NCBI GenBank assembly: GCA_001179505.1
Contig: CDMY01000499.1
Span: forward strand, 296,939 to 360,938
From: Vitrella brassicaformis CCMP3155
Taxonomy: Eukaryota; Protista; Chromerida
Length of the DNA stretch: 64,000 nt
Direction of reading: 5' to 3'
The notes below the pieces were generated by a model. The model made no database searches. It worked only from the letters and a program-made list of their open reading frames with translations, and was not told where the DNA came from. Below, in pieces: positions 25,807-37,521 of this stretch. Numbering within the stretch: position 1 is the first letter of the stretch; the number at the start of each line of letters is the position of its first letter. The position numbers and the translations under genes are program-made.

Positions 25807-27790
25807 TGTGTCAGGGATGCGACTGAGGATGAGATCCGCCGCGGGTTCCGCAAGTACGGCCGCATTGTCGAAGTGCAGCCCAGGGGCAGGTGAGCCGAGG
25901 CGGGCGAGACTCACTCAAGGCCCACACCCAACTCACTCACTCATGCGTCTTGTGTTGTCGTCTGTTGTGCGTTCGTTGTCGTGACCGTGTCGGTCATCGA
26001 CTCGACAGGTTTGCGTTTGTCGAGTATCAGCATCTGCGCGACGCCGAGGACGCCATGAAGGACATGGACGGGATCGAATTCCTAGGCGGACGGGTGAGGA
26101 CATCAGACCAGAGCAACACCGTCCCGTAGTGAATGCACGCACGCGTGTGTGGTCCGGTATGGTCCGCCCTCACGTTGTTGCGCTGCGCTGCATGTGATGT
26201 GCTCAGATCTCCGTCCGCCCTCACGGCATGGGTCGCAATCGAGACCTCGGGCCGCCTCGCAACCGGTAGGCCGGCATGCACAAACCACGCAGCCCGTTGA
26301 TTGAGCCACCCACATTCTGCTGCTGTCTGTGGTTCCCCCCAATGCGTTGGGTATTTGAGTGTCAGCGGCCCTCCCGTGGATCAGATCGTGCCGCCGCCGC
26401 CCAAGTCACAGGTGCCGGCGCCCACGGGATACGACGGACGCACCGACTGGAGAGTGGTACGTGCACGTGGTTTCTGCGTCTCTCGAGTGAACCACACTCC
26501 AGAGACAGACAGACAGACAGACGAGAAAGGAAGGGTGGGTGGATCGATGTGAGTCTTGTTGTGTTCAGATTGTCGAGGGACTGGACGAGCGTGTGTCGTG
26601 GCAAGACCTCAAGGATTTCGGACGCAACGGTGACAAACACACCACCCCTGCCCACACACAGGCAGGCAGGCAGGCAGGCACACCGACACACTGCACTGCG
26701 TGTGTGCAGTGGCTGACGTCAACTACGCCAACGTCTTCACCCGTGACGGGCGAAAAGTCGGGTAAGACAAACAAGCCATACACACACACACGCACTCATT
26801 GTCAGACCCGAGCTGTCGTGCGTGTGTGTGTGTCAGAGTGATCGAGTACTTCACCTTCCGCGACATGCAGGCCGCCATCAAGGAGCTCAACGGAAAGTGA
26901 GCAGAGCAACCTAAGCTGACCTGACCTAGCCCAATGGGCACAGCACAGGCAGACAGAACAGACAGGTGCACCAATGTCGTTTATCCCTCGTGTGTGGCAT
27001 ATGTGTGTGTGTGCGCGTGTGTGCAGGAAGCTGTACGAGCGCGAGGTCGAGATTGAGGAGGATCGCGGCCAATACGAAGTGTACGCAGCGCCACCACATC
27101 ACATCATCACACACAAAGCTTTGACAAGAAACAAAGAAAGCTCCCTTCGCCATTGAATGACGGGCTCGTGTCAACCCATGCATGTCTGCATTCAGGGGGC
27201 GTAAGGGCAGCGGCGGCGGGGGCGGTGGCAGTGGTGGCGGCGGCCGGGATTCGGGCAGGTGAGCACTCACATCCATCCACCGATCCATCCATCCGTTGTG
27301 GCTATGTGTTGGTGTGTGTGGTGTGTGTGTGTGTGTGTGTGCTTGCAGGTTCGGTGGCGGGAGTGGTGGTGGCGGTAGTGGCCGCAGCTACCGTGACCGC
27401 AGCCGCTCGCGAGAGCGCGACCGAGACCCGCGAGACGACTACAACAGAGATGGTCTGTACAGGGCGAAGTGAAGAGAAGCACCACAGACAGACAGACAGA
27501 CAGACAGAGAGATCTCTTTTCAGCAAACACCTGCATGTGTGTGGTGTGTTGTGGTGTGTCATGGTGTGTTGTGGTCAGATTACATGCGCGAGAAGGACCG
27601 TTACGAGGAGCGCTACTATGACGACCGCGACCGCGACAGGGAGCGCGAGACGCGGGACGTGCGCAACGGTGACTATGACCGATACGACGAGCGGGACAGG
27701 TACGACGACAGAGGGGACCGCCGCCGCGGCAGCTACCGTGACGAGGAGCGAGACCTGGAGAGGGAGGTCGACAGGGACCTCGGCAACTGA
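25110..27790 (+). CDS. SR splicing factor with two RRMs, SRSF4/5/6-like
   Basis: MSRGDREANPYKVYIGGLPSDATEDEI..YGRIVEV..RFAFVEYQHLRDAEDAM is RRM1. IVEGLDERVSWQDLKDFGR is a pseudo-RRM with the SWQDLKD signature. RS/RD-rich tail; TGA at 27788-27790. Confidence 0.92.
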
Positions 27791-28563
27791 CTCACTGACT
27801 GACGGACAGACGGAGCTAGGGGAATCAATCAGTCGATGGATAGATGGATAGATCGACGGGAGGATGGGATGGGTGGATGGATGGATAATGGGCGGTGCGG
27901 TGCATGTGGTGTGGCGGACAGCCGTGGCCGCCGGGTTGTGTTGTGGCGTGTGCGTGGCTTCTCTGTCTGTTTGAAGATGGCTGTCTGCCTGTCTGCCTGC
28001 CTGCCTGTGAGTGGGACTGTTGAATTGAGGAGTGTCTGTCTGTCTGTCTGTCTGTCTGTGCGTGGCCTTATCGGCGGCAGGGCGGGGAGGGAGGGAGGGA
28101 TCCCTGGGTGAGTGTGATGGAGTCTTGTGGAGCGGGTGTGGATGAATTGAATGCGAGAGAGAGACCATATCATGGATAAGGGTTGTTCGTGCTGACGGAC
28201 CATCAGTCAATTCACTTCAGTTCGCTTCTTCCGGTTTGCACCGCGAAATGGCGGTCCATTCTTCTGCGAGCTTAGCCGAGAGGAGGGAGCTGTCGGCGCC
28301 CATTCTTATCTGTTGTTATCTGGGAAGGACCCGAGCCTCTTACTACGTTGGCATCACACAAGATCGTCCATTGCTTTCCATCGCTCATTCCACGATGAAG
28401 GTCTCGTTGGTTCTGTCGCTTCATCTCTCGGCAGCCGCTCTGCTGCTGCCGGTGCAGACAGATAGATGCCTTACTCGTCACGAACGATCCTCGCGTCGGC
28501 TTGCTTCCCTCGATGGGCCCACGCCACCTTCGGGGCGCCACCAACTTGAAGCCGCAAGTCGTC

Positions 28564-30142
28564 ATGAGCACTCGCGGCGTCGTGGGCTTCAAATGGAAGG
28601 GCAAGACGCACAGCATCTTCAATGTGAGCTTGGTTGCCACCGACCGACACACAGAGAGAATATGCTTGTGCGCATGCGCAACTGTGTGTGTGTGTGTGTG
28701 TGTGTGTTTGATGCATTCAATGCAGCGTTTCGACAGCTATCCTGAGCACCTGGGATGCTCCGTTCTGGGCGAGGTGAAAGCCGCGCTCACAGAGGACCGC
28801 ACCATGCAGAGGTGGAAGACGCAGGTACGGTACTGACCGACCGATACACACACTTACGCACACACAACGTGTGCATCGTCTGCTTGACTGAGTGATGGGT
28901 GTGCCTGTCTGTCTGTCTGTCTGCCCGTGCTCATGCACTCGCTGGTCAGGTGGAGGATCTGACGCGCCTCTCCGGCAATGACTGGGACGGCGATCGCGAC
29001 ACGCGCTCCCTCGAGAAGGTGACTGCACGAGTGGAGGATGGGTGCATGTGTGTGTGTGTGTGGGCATTCATTGTCTGTGCGTCTGTCGGTGTTTGTTGGC
29101 CTGCGTGCAGGTGTTGGAGAGCGGGGAATACTACCACAAGGAGCCAGACGGCACGTGGGTCGAGTACGGCTATTTCGCTGACCTCGACAAGGACCGGGTT
29201 GTCATGCTCGGCGGCGGCGATGGCGACGGCGACGGCGACGGCGAGCTCTGGCATGAGGGATACGTCTACTCATACCTGACCTTCGACGACTTGCTGAGCC
29301 ACAAGGGGCCGCTGTACCGTCTGCTGGGGTGCGACGAGCCCGCCCCTCTGCAGACCGAGCGCCAGATGGTGCAAGGCATCAACGAGGCCTTGATGGGACT
29401 GGGCTTCAAGAACCTGCAGGCCGTTCGGTCGCCAGAGGAGCTCGAGGCGCTGCTTCAGGATGAAAAGCGAGTGGCCTTCTTTGCCGAGTCGGACGGAGCC
29501 GACAGTGAGGACCAAGACAGTCGAATCACTGCGGATCAATCGCCGGCTGTCGAGAGAGACGACGAGCCGACGGAGGACACGCAGGCGCAGCAGCTGATGG
29601 CCGACAGCAGCGACACAGAAGACACTGAGGGAGAGGAGGCCGATGAGGGTGAGCCAGAGGGCAGCGATGCCGACATCCCCAGCGCCCTCGAGCCGATGAC
29701 CAAGGAGGACATCATGGACTTCGTTCTCGGGGGCACGGACGAAGAGGAGGAGACTCCGCGTCTCTTCCAATTCTTCGAGGGCAACATGGCCGGGTGGGAG
29801 AAGCTGGTGGCGAAACATCCCATCAACCGTATCATGACCGCCCCGACTGGCCCTCATGCGCTTTTGTGCGTCATTGCCCTCACCCCGGAGACCATCGCGA
29901 ACAACGAGGACTACAAGATGGAGGAGCTCCGTGGGATCATCGACAAGAAGGAGCAGTACCTGAATGAGAAGCGCTACGATGACGTGCACCTGGCCTGCAG
30001 TGTCGACGGTGGGGAGGAGGCCTTCACCCGGTGGATCAAGGGCGAGCACGAGGACCAGGCACTGCAGGACCTGCTGCACATCCTGGTGGACAACAAGGTC
30101 AATATCTTCTACGCAGACTATACAGAAGATATTGAGTCGTAG
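28564..30142 (+). CDS. Hypothetical acidic protein with N-terminal MSTRG..DSYP..LG / WVEYGY..DLD domain
   Basis: Three GT-AG introns join MSTRGVVGFKWKGKTHSIFN|RFDSYPEHLG...|...|VLESGEYYHKEPDGTWVEYGYFADLDKD to a long final exon. The start codon is uncertain. Confidence 0.7.
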
Positions 30143-30168
30143 TCTGCGTAGAAGATATTGAGTCGTAG
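30099..30168. repeat. Perfect 22-bp inverted repeat overlapping the stop codon, with a nested 19-bp direct repeat
   Basis: TCAATATCTTCTACGCAGACTA (30099-30120) is the reverse complement of 30140-30161. AGAAGATATTGAGTCGTAG occurs at 30124-30142 and 30150-30168. Confidence 0.9.
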
Positions 30169-31744
30169 ACAGGCAGACTCTTAGGTGGTGGGCAGGCAGG
30201 CAGGCAGGCAGGCAGCTGACAGGTAGGAGGGGCGATATGGCTTTCGTCCGTGGTGCTGAGACGGAGCGGCTGGTCGGTGTGGCGTCGTTTCGTCGTTTTC
30301 GACCGCTGACTGACTCGTGCTGGTTTTTGGGTGTGAGTGTGATGCTGCAAGGGCAGTGCGGTGATCCGTGTGTGGTCGATGCGCCGTGCGTCCCCTTGCA
30401 GCGCAATGCCATGCATCCCATTTGCGGTGCGTGCGCTGGATGGACGAGGGCACATACATCTATAGACAGGTGAGGTGACAGGCAGGTTTTGTAGGTGTAA
30501 GTAGGGCAATTAGGTCAGTTGGTCGTGAGTGAAAAGGTCAGACAGACAGACAGACAGGTGTGTTTTGGTGCATTGCATGGAAATCAAAGGTTTACGTGTT
30601 GGCTGGACTGGAGGAAGGCGTCCGTGACTCACTCTTGTGCGTATCGCATCCCATCATAAAAAGAGACCGATACATGCATCGGTGCGGTGCATGAATGGAT
30701 GAAAAGGAGGAGCCAGTCAGTTCAATGAATATATATTCACGACACACGCATACATCATGCCCCCATCCATCCATCCGTGCATCCGTCGGTGTCTTGTCTG
30801 TCTGTCTGTCTGTGTGTCTGCACTGAATGTGTGGTGAGTGTGTGTGTGGTGAGTATGAGACGGCCTCTCTCCTACGGCTCGCTTCGACCGGACGCTCACG
30901 CTAAATCCTCCCAGTGTGTGCACGCCTGAGCACACCAGCCCACACATTTCTGTGAGTGCATCCGAAAATTGCCAGCAAGAGACATCAGCCCACAGGGATG
31001 AATGATTTAACCCGTGCAAGAGTTGAATTGCCAGTGATGTCTCGTCAGATGGGAATCCATCACCCCACATGACACGCCAAGCCGTGTCTCTCACACAATC
31101 CGCACGAACGCATGATTCGGTCAATCACGTACGACGGATATAAAATGTAAGCAGCGATTCGCAGCAGCAACAAAGCGCTGGACACCCTGTGCTCCCTCCT
31201 CCGCATCCAGTCGGTCACTCACACACCCAAGAGTTCATTCAAGACACCCAAGCCTCCCCGAAGGGCACCCCCGAAGGAATGACTTGCCACAGCCAGACAG
31301 ACGGACAGACAGACAGCCAACCGACGCCCCCCCACACACATCACCATGCAGTGCCTCTCTTGCCGTCTGAGAGTGAAGTCAGTCCTCCTTCCTGAGCCAG
31401 CCCGTGAAGACGCCCACATGGGCAGTGTAGCGGGTGTCGTGCGTGTGTGGGTATGCGTGCAGCATAACAGAAGGACACAAATCACACACCGGAGGGAACA
31501 GCCAGGCGCACAGACGGACAGCCACACACACGGACAGACAGACAGACAAACCCCCATGAAGTACGTATACAGACAGCCAACAACACAACTAAGCACACAA
31601 ACAAAGGCTATGTAATGCAGTCCCCCCCCCGCACATACAGGCAGGCCAGCCACGCAGCCTCTCAGTACCCATGGCCTTCCCCGTCACCGTAACCTCTCTC
31701 TCTCCCCTGATTCAAGCCCCTCCCCTCTCCTCGTCTCTACATGC

Positions 31745-32610
31745 CCCCGCTAATGGGGCCGTGGCTGCACATCTGGTCCTCGCCCTCCTCCTCCATCATC
31801 TCCCACCACTTGCGGCGATGCGGCTGCTCGCGCAGCCACAATCTCACATGTGGCACGAGGCTGCCGTCGCTTGCCCGCCGCCTTTTCGGCGACTTCCTGC
31901 ACACAGCCCGAGACACAAGTGAAAACTCTGAGACATACATACGCCGCTCGGTGGAGTCTGAGTCGCTTGTGTGTCCTCACATCCGTTCGGTGTCTGCGTG
32001 AGGGAGGGAGTGTTATACCTGAGTGCGTAGGCCCTCTGTATCGTGGCCGCCGGGGCGTTCCGCTCCTTCAGTATCCGCCGCACCTGACAGGCCAACAAGC
32101 GACCAAAAGAACACATACATACACACACACACACACACAGAGAGCTGTCAGGTGTGTGGTGGTGTGCGTGGTGTGATTGTTGGGTGCTGACTGACCATAT
32201 ACTCCCATTGGAGGTTCTGGACGGCGAGGACGCGGCGCCAGTGCGCCTGAATGACGGTCTGGCAGGACAGGAGCATCGAAGCACTGAAGTGAATCGTGCG
32301 TGTGCGTGTGTGTGTGCGTGTGCGTGTGCATGTGCATGTGTGTCAGGCGTCTCAGTGTTTGATGGTATTGGACGGCCTTCAGGAAGTCTGCCTCCCAGCG
32401 ACCCCTCCAGCCTGACCACGCAAACCGGATGACATGACGCGTGTGTGGGTGGATGGTGCGAATGGCGAGTGTGGCCCTCTGACCTCTCAAGCAGCGCTGT
32501 ATCTTGACCTATACCCATCCAACAACACAACACAAGACAAGACAACATGTGCATCCACCCACACCATCGTGCCTCACCAGCGTCACTCACCGCTGTTGCC
32601 GTGGTCGCGT
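31745..32610 (-). pseudogene. Exon-like fragments with IQ (calmodulin-binding) motifs; gene model unresolved, possibly decayed
   Basis: Splice-flanked pieces encode ATTATA|VKIQRCLRGQRATLAIR, QTVIQAHWRRVLAVQ and AATIQRAYALR. No complete ATG-to-stop model could be assembled. Confidence 0.4.
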
Positions 32611-33021
32611 GATCCTGGAACCGGTGAGAAGTGATCACATGCCCATCTGGATATAAAACGTAGGCAGCCATCTGAGACACAACCCGAGACACAAGTGAAA
32701 AGTCTGAGATATGCAGATGTGTGGGTTCTGAGTAGCATGCTCACCGTTCATGTCTTGTGCACCGTTCATGTCGTCCTGAGCCAGCCCGTGAAGACGCCCA
32801 CATGGGCAGTGTAGCGGGTGTGGTGCTGCTGCGTGTGTGGGTATGTGTGCAGCATAACAAAAGGACACAAATCACACATCGGAGGGAACAGCCAGGCACA
32901 CAGACGGACAGCCACACACACGGACGGACAGACAGACAAACCCCCATGACAGACAGCGAACAGCACAACTAAGCACACACATGAGTGCATCGGGACAGAA
33001 CGGCCATGCAGTCCCCCCCCC

Positions 33022-33321
33022 NNNNNNNNNNNNNNNNNNNNNNNNNNNNNNNNNNNNNNNNNNNNNNNNNNNNNNNNNNNNNNNNNNNNNNNNNNNNNNN
33101 NNNNNNNNNNNNNNNNNNNNNNNNNNNNNNNNNNNNNNNNNNNNNNNNNNNNNNNNNNNNNNNNNNNNNNNNNNNNNNNNNNNNNNNNNNNNNNNNNNNN
33201 NNNNNNNNNNNNNNNNNNNNNNNNNNNNNNNNNNNNNNNNNNNNNNNNNNNNNNNNNNNNNNNNNNNNNNNNNNNNNNNNNNNNNNNNNNNNNNNNNNNN
33301 NNNNNNNNNNNNNNNNNNNNN
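33022..33321. other. Assembly gap (300 N)
   Basis: Run of N flanked by poly-C tracts. Confidence 1.
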
Positions 33322-34466
33322 CACCCCCCGCACATACAGGCAGGCCAGCCCGTCACCCATTCACTACCAATGGCCCTCTCTCTCCCCTGATTCAAGCCCT
33401 CCCCTCCCCTCCCCTCCTCTCTACATGCCCCCGCTGATGGGGCCGTGGCTGCACATCTGGTCCTCGCCCTCCTCCTCCATCATCTCCCACCACTTGCGGC
33501 GACGCGGCTGCCTGCGGTGCGGAGCCACAATCTCACATGTGGCACGAGGCTGCCGTCCCTTGCCCGCCGCCACTTCGGTCGTTCGTGGGTCGGCCGACGG
33601 GGTCCTTCCTCCTCCTTGACAGCGACCTCCTTTGCAGGCTAAGAGGCACAGCAGAAAACATCAGTTTGTTCTCTTTTTTTTTGGAGTCATTCTGCTTCTC
33701 AGAGGAGCGAACAAGGAATGGCAGAGCAGGAACCTGAGCCTCGACACTCACATTCGAGTCACTGACCTTGAGAAAGTCGTCAGAAATAGAGACGGCCTTC
33801 AGAAAATAGATCACCATTCCGCCTGCAGACAACGAGAGCCACAAGCACGTGTACGACAACGAAACGGGTCACACATTCATCGTGATATGCCATCCATACA
33901 TCGCACCATCACTACAGCCAAGAGACACAACGCACAAGGCCACACTCCCCACCAAAATGGCTTCAGCTTCTTCGTCGCTGCTGGACAGCATATTCTCGTC
34001 CTCGTCTTTGCCACTGGGCACAGGAAGGCCATCCTACAGCACCCGCACATGCAGCAGACACACGCATTATCACACCGCACCACCACACACTTGTACTGAC
34101 CTGCTGGAGCCTCAGGTTTTCTCTCGACAAGATGGGAAGGTGCCATCGCGATCCTCCGACACCAGGCAGGCGTCAGGCGCTCAACAGAAGCCACGGCGCT
34201 GATGAGGTGGATGAAAAAAGTGGCGGCCGACATCGCGCAAGAGCAGGGCGTTGGGATGGGATGGGGCAGGCCACATACGACAAAGACCAGCTGAAAAGAC
34301 AAGGATACGGAGCAGATGTGGCGGGAGGAAGAGAGAAAAGTGATGGAATGCCCGAAATGCTTGGCAATCGTGTTCAAAAAGGTCTTTCTCGTCTCCTGTC
34401 TCCGGCGACGAGATTTTTTTCTGCGCGAGCCTTTTCTTATTTTGCGAGCTTGGACATCATTTGAGG

Positions 34467-35679
34467 ATGCTCTTCGTTGCTTTGTCTATCGCGGCCTCTC
34501 TGGTCCCACTCGCAAGATCCTATCAACTCGCCAGCGGTGCGGCAGCCCTTCCGCCAGTCAAGTCAAATGTGAAGCTGTTCCAGTGCTCAGATGGGAGGAA
34601 CATCGGTAGGGCAGATCTGCAAAGCAATGCAAAGATGAGAAGCGATGCCGATGCTCATGCGAAATGCTTTGTTTGGTTGTGCGTGTTTAGGCTACGCCGA
34701 GTACGGCAGCCCTGCGGGCCAACCAGTGGTGGCTTTTCATGGCCTCCTCACCTCCCACATATGGGCGGAATTCCTCGACCAAGAGGCCAGAAACGTAACA
34801 CACAAAGACAGAAAGAACATACCAGATGCAATCGATGGATGTTTCTTCCTCGTTTGTCTGTGTGTCATGGACGGCATGCCCGCAACGGTGCAGGCCGACC
34901 CGCCGCTTCGCATCATCTCGGTGGACATGCCTGGTGCGGGTGATTCCTCGCCGTCGCCCGACTTCACCCTCGATGAGCTCGCCAAGGACACCATAGCCCT
35001 CCTCGACTCGCTCAACATCGATACGTTCGTCGCACTCGGCCTCTCGGCTGGCGGCAGTCCGGCGCTCACCCTGGCGGCCCTCTACCCCGACCGCACCATC
35101 GGTGCCGTGCTGGCCGCCCCGTCGACGCCCATCCGGTCTGTCCGCGGCTTTGGCCTGCTGCCCACCATCCTGCTGCAGTTCGACCGGTTCCTTAGCAAAG
35201 CGGCCGACACATTCAGCCGCAACGCCGACCAGGTGCGCGAGGGCAACGTCGAGGAGCTGCTGGGCGGCGCCCCAAAGGGCGGGAGGGGCGGCGACGCCAA
35301 AGAGGAGACGCCGGCCCTTGTCAAAGTGAGAGGCGACCCGGCTCTCAAGGCCCTGTTCGTTGACGACATCTGCTACTCGTTCAAGCAGAGAAGGGCCTTC
35401 GCCATGGCGGGCCTCAAGTACCTGAGAGGGAGGTTTCCCTTCAAGGTGCGCTGTGTGCGGCGGCCGGTGACCATCATCTACGGCACCAACGACACTGTGC
35501 AGCCCATCAAGATGCACAAGTGGCTGGCAAAGAAGCTGCCCAACTGCAAGCTCATAGCCATCGACGACGAGACGCACTTTCTGTATATTTCCCGCCCTGA
35601 CGCCATCGTGAGGGAGTGCTCTCTGCTGTGGCAGATGGCCACCGAGAAGAAACAAGAGACGCCGACCCAAGTGGCCTGA
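34467..35679 (+). CDS. Alpha/beta hydrolase with predicted signal peptide
   Basis: MLFVALSIAASLVPLARS leader; YAEYGSPAGQPVVAFHG; RIISVDMPGAGDS; nucleophile elbow GLSAGG; IIYGTND (acid) and ETHFL (His). Confidence 0.9.
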
Positions 35680-35840
35680 CTGATTTGTGTGGATGGGGGA
35701 GGGGGAGGGGCTGTGCGAGTGTGTGTGTAGTAGTTGGGGCGAGAGAGACGGAAAACGCGGCCGCATTTGTATGTGAAAGTGTGGGAGAGGTCTGTAGGCT
35801 GGTAGGCAGCAGTGGGTAGGGGATACGCAGACAGATGTGT

Positions 35841-35871
<31 letters not shown>

Positions 35872-36674
35872 AGAACACACGGAACATGACCCTTGTGTAT
35901 TTCTGCCTGTGTCCGTAACCATTTGTGTGTGCGTGCATAATTCTTAAGTGCGCATGGTCGAGAGGATTTCAGTCCCCTTACTACACGTGAGCCTGACTCA
36001 GCCAGGTGCGTTCAAAGCATCGACCCATCCACAGATCTCGGTGTCGCTTCGCTTCTCAATCTAGTGCACACGCTCTCTACTACCTACCCATCCATCCATC
36101 AGCTACACACCAGCACCACCATCCACTCACAGACACAGACACGGACAGGCAGTGCATCCAGCCAGCCAGTCCATCGATGATCCAAGAGCGGCGAAATCAA
36201 ACCGGGTGAGCGCAATACAAGCCGTCACTCAGACAGACAGACAGACAGAGAGAGAGGGAGAGAGCAATACATATGTATGTTACAGGCCGACAAAACAGCC
36301 TCGTGAGATATCGTTCAACCGTACGCAGCGACAAACATCAAACGGGTGGATGGATGGATGGATGGATGGATGGAATGAAAGGCAAAGCAGGTAAAACATA
36401 CCTTTGAATCGCATTCTCAAGCGCCGATCTCTCTCTCCCCGAGTCAGTCTAGCCACCCCTCCCTCCCTCCCTCCCTCCCTCCCTCCCGCCCGCCCTCCGA
36501 CTAGGCAATTGACGCACGCACGAACGCAGGCAGATGGTCGATCTCACCCCATCAACCCCATCCCTCTCGTCACCCATGCACCACCCACAGCTGCACCCAC
36601 TGCACTGCACTGCATCCTGCCTGCCTGCCTGGTTGGTGCATGGCTGCTGCATGTCTGTCTGGTTCTACCTATAG

Positions 36675-37109
36675 CTACTTCTTCTTTCCCTTGGTGTCGT
36701 CTTCGCACTCCTCCTCGGTGATGTCGACGTCCTCGACGAAGTTGCACACGAACCTGCACCACGGCTCACGCTCCTTGCCAAGCGTCTTGACGCAGCTCTG
36801 GATGCACAACGCTTTCTGAACCACACACACACACACACGCGCACACACACGCGCGCACACGGAGAGGGACCACATCACATCACATGCGCCACACAACCAA
36901 CCACATGCAGGCAGGTTGAAGCGTCTCTCCCTCTCTGTGTGCTGTGCCGTCTTGGGCTCGCTTACCCCGAGCTCTTTGAGTCGCTTCTCCATCTTGTCCT
37001 TGTTGAGCTTGACCTTGATGCGGATCCGGCGCAGCCGCAGCGACTCGCACACGGCGAACAGGTGGCTCACGGCCACCAGCACCAGCAGCAACGCGCCCAG
37101 CAGCTTCAT
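36675..37109 (-). CDS. Small secreted hypothetical protein with a basic middle and a Cys/acidic C-terminus
   Basis: MKLLGALLLVLVAVSHLFAVCES signal-like start. One GTAAG..CAG intron joins RLKELG to KALCIQSCVKTLGKEREPWCRFVCNFVEDVD. Confidence 0.65.
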   Translation of the reverse strand: MKLLGALLLVLVAVSHLFAVCESLRLRRIRIKVKLNKDKMEKRLKELGVSEPKTAQHTERERRFNLPACGWLCGACDVMWSLSVCARVCARVCVCVVQKALCIQSCVKTLGKEREPWCRFVCNFVEDVDITEEECEDDTKGKKK

Positions 37110-37521
37110 TTCCACAAACAAGACAGACAGGTCTATCAAACTACCAACCCACAAGCGAGAAAAGGGTCTCCGCTGCGCCTGCGAGCTAACCTCGCCAACC
37201 GTTTGTAGATCCGTCCCCCTTTTGGCTTCCCTGAGGGCAAACGAGGAGCGCAATGGACAGATCTGCCACTGCATGAGCTTCATCTGTTGGCTGCGTCAGA
37301 GAAGTCGCCTGTCTGTAGCTGGGGTTCTTGTGACGAGATCCGGCGAGAAGACGCCCAGATCTGCGCATCATGTCAGCCCCCGATTCTCTCATCGGCATGG
37401 CCCAGCGTGTGTGCGATGAGTTCGCCGCCTACAAAAGCAGCCCGGAGGGCGGAGCCCGGATGCGGCAACTGAGCTGCGCCGTGAGAGGGAGGAGGACGGC
37501 GACAGCTTCTATTTCATCGAC

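Larger units (their letters stand above)
31391..33575. repeat. Diverged local tandem duplication: about 31391-31880 and 32775-33575, the second copy interrupted by an N gap
   Basis: Shared blocks CCTGAGCCAGCCCGTGAAGACGCCCACATGGGCAGTGTAGCGGGTGT (31391 and 32775), GCACATACAGGCAGGCCAGCC, and CACATCTGGTCCTCGCCCTCCTCCTCCATCATCTCCCACCACTTGCGGCGA. CCCGAGACACAAGTGAAAA also occurs near 31907 and 32682. Confidence 0.88.

Noticed and set aside
28310-28370. YLGRTRASYYVGITQD resembles a GIY-YIG nuclease motif
   Set aside because: Only about 15 residues match, and the downstream Arg/Glu elements are absent; probably chance within a 5' flank.
32150-32432. Alternative plus-strand exon reading of the IQ region
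   Set aside because: The CA/GT intron pattern is strand-symmetric, so plus-strand acceptors can be illusory. The minus-strand frames carry recognisable IQ motifs.
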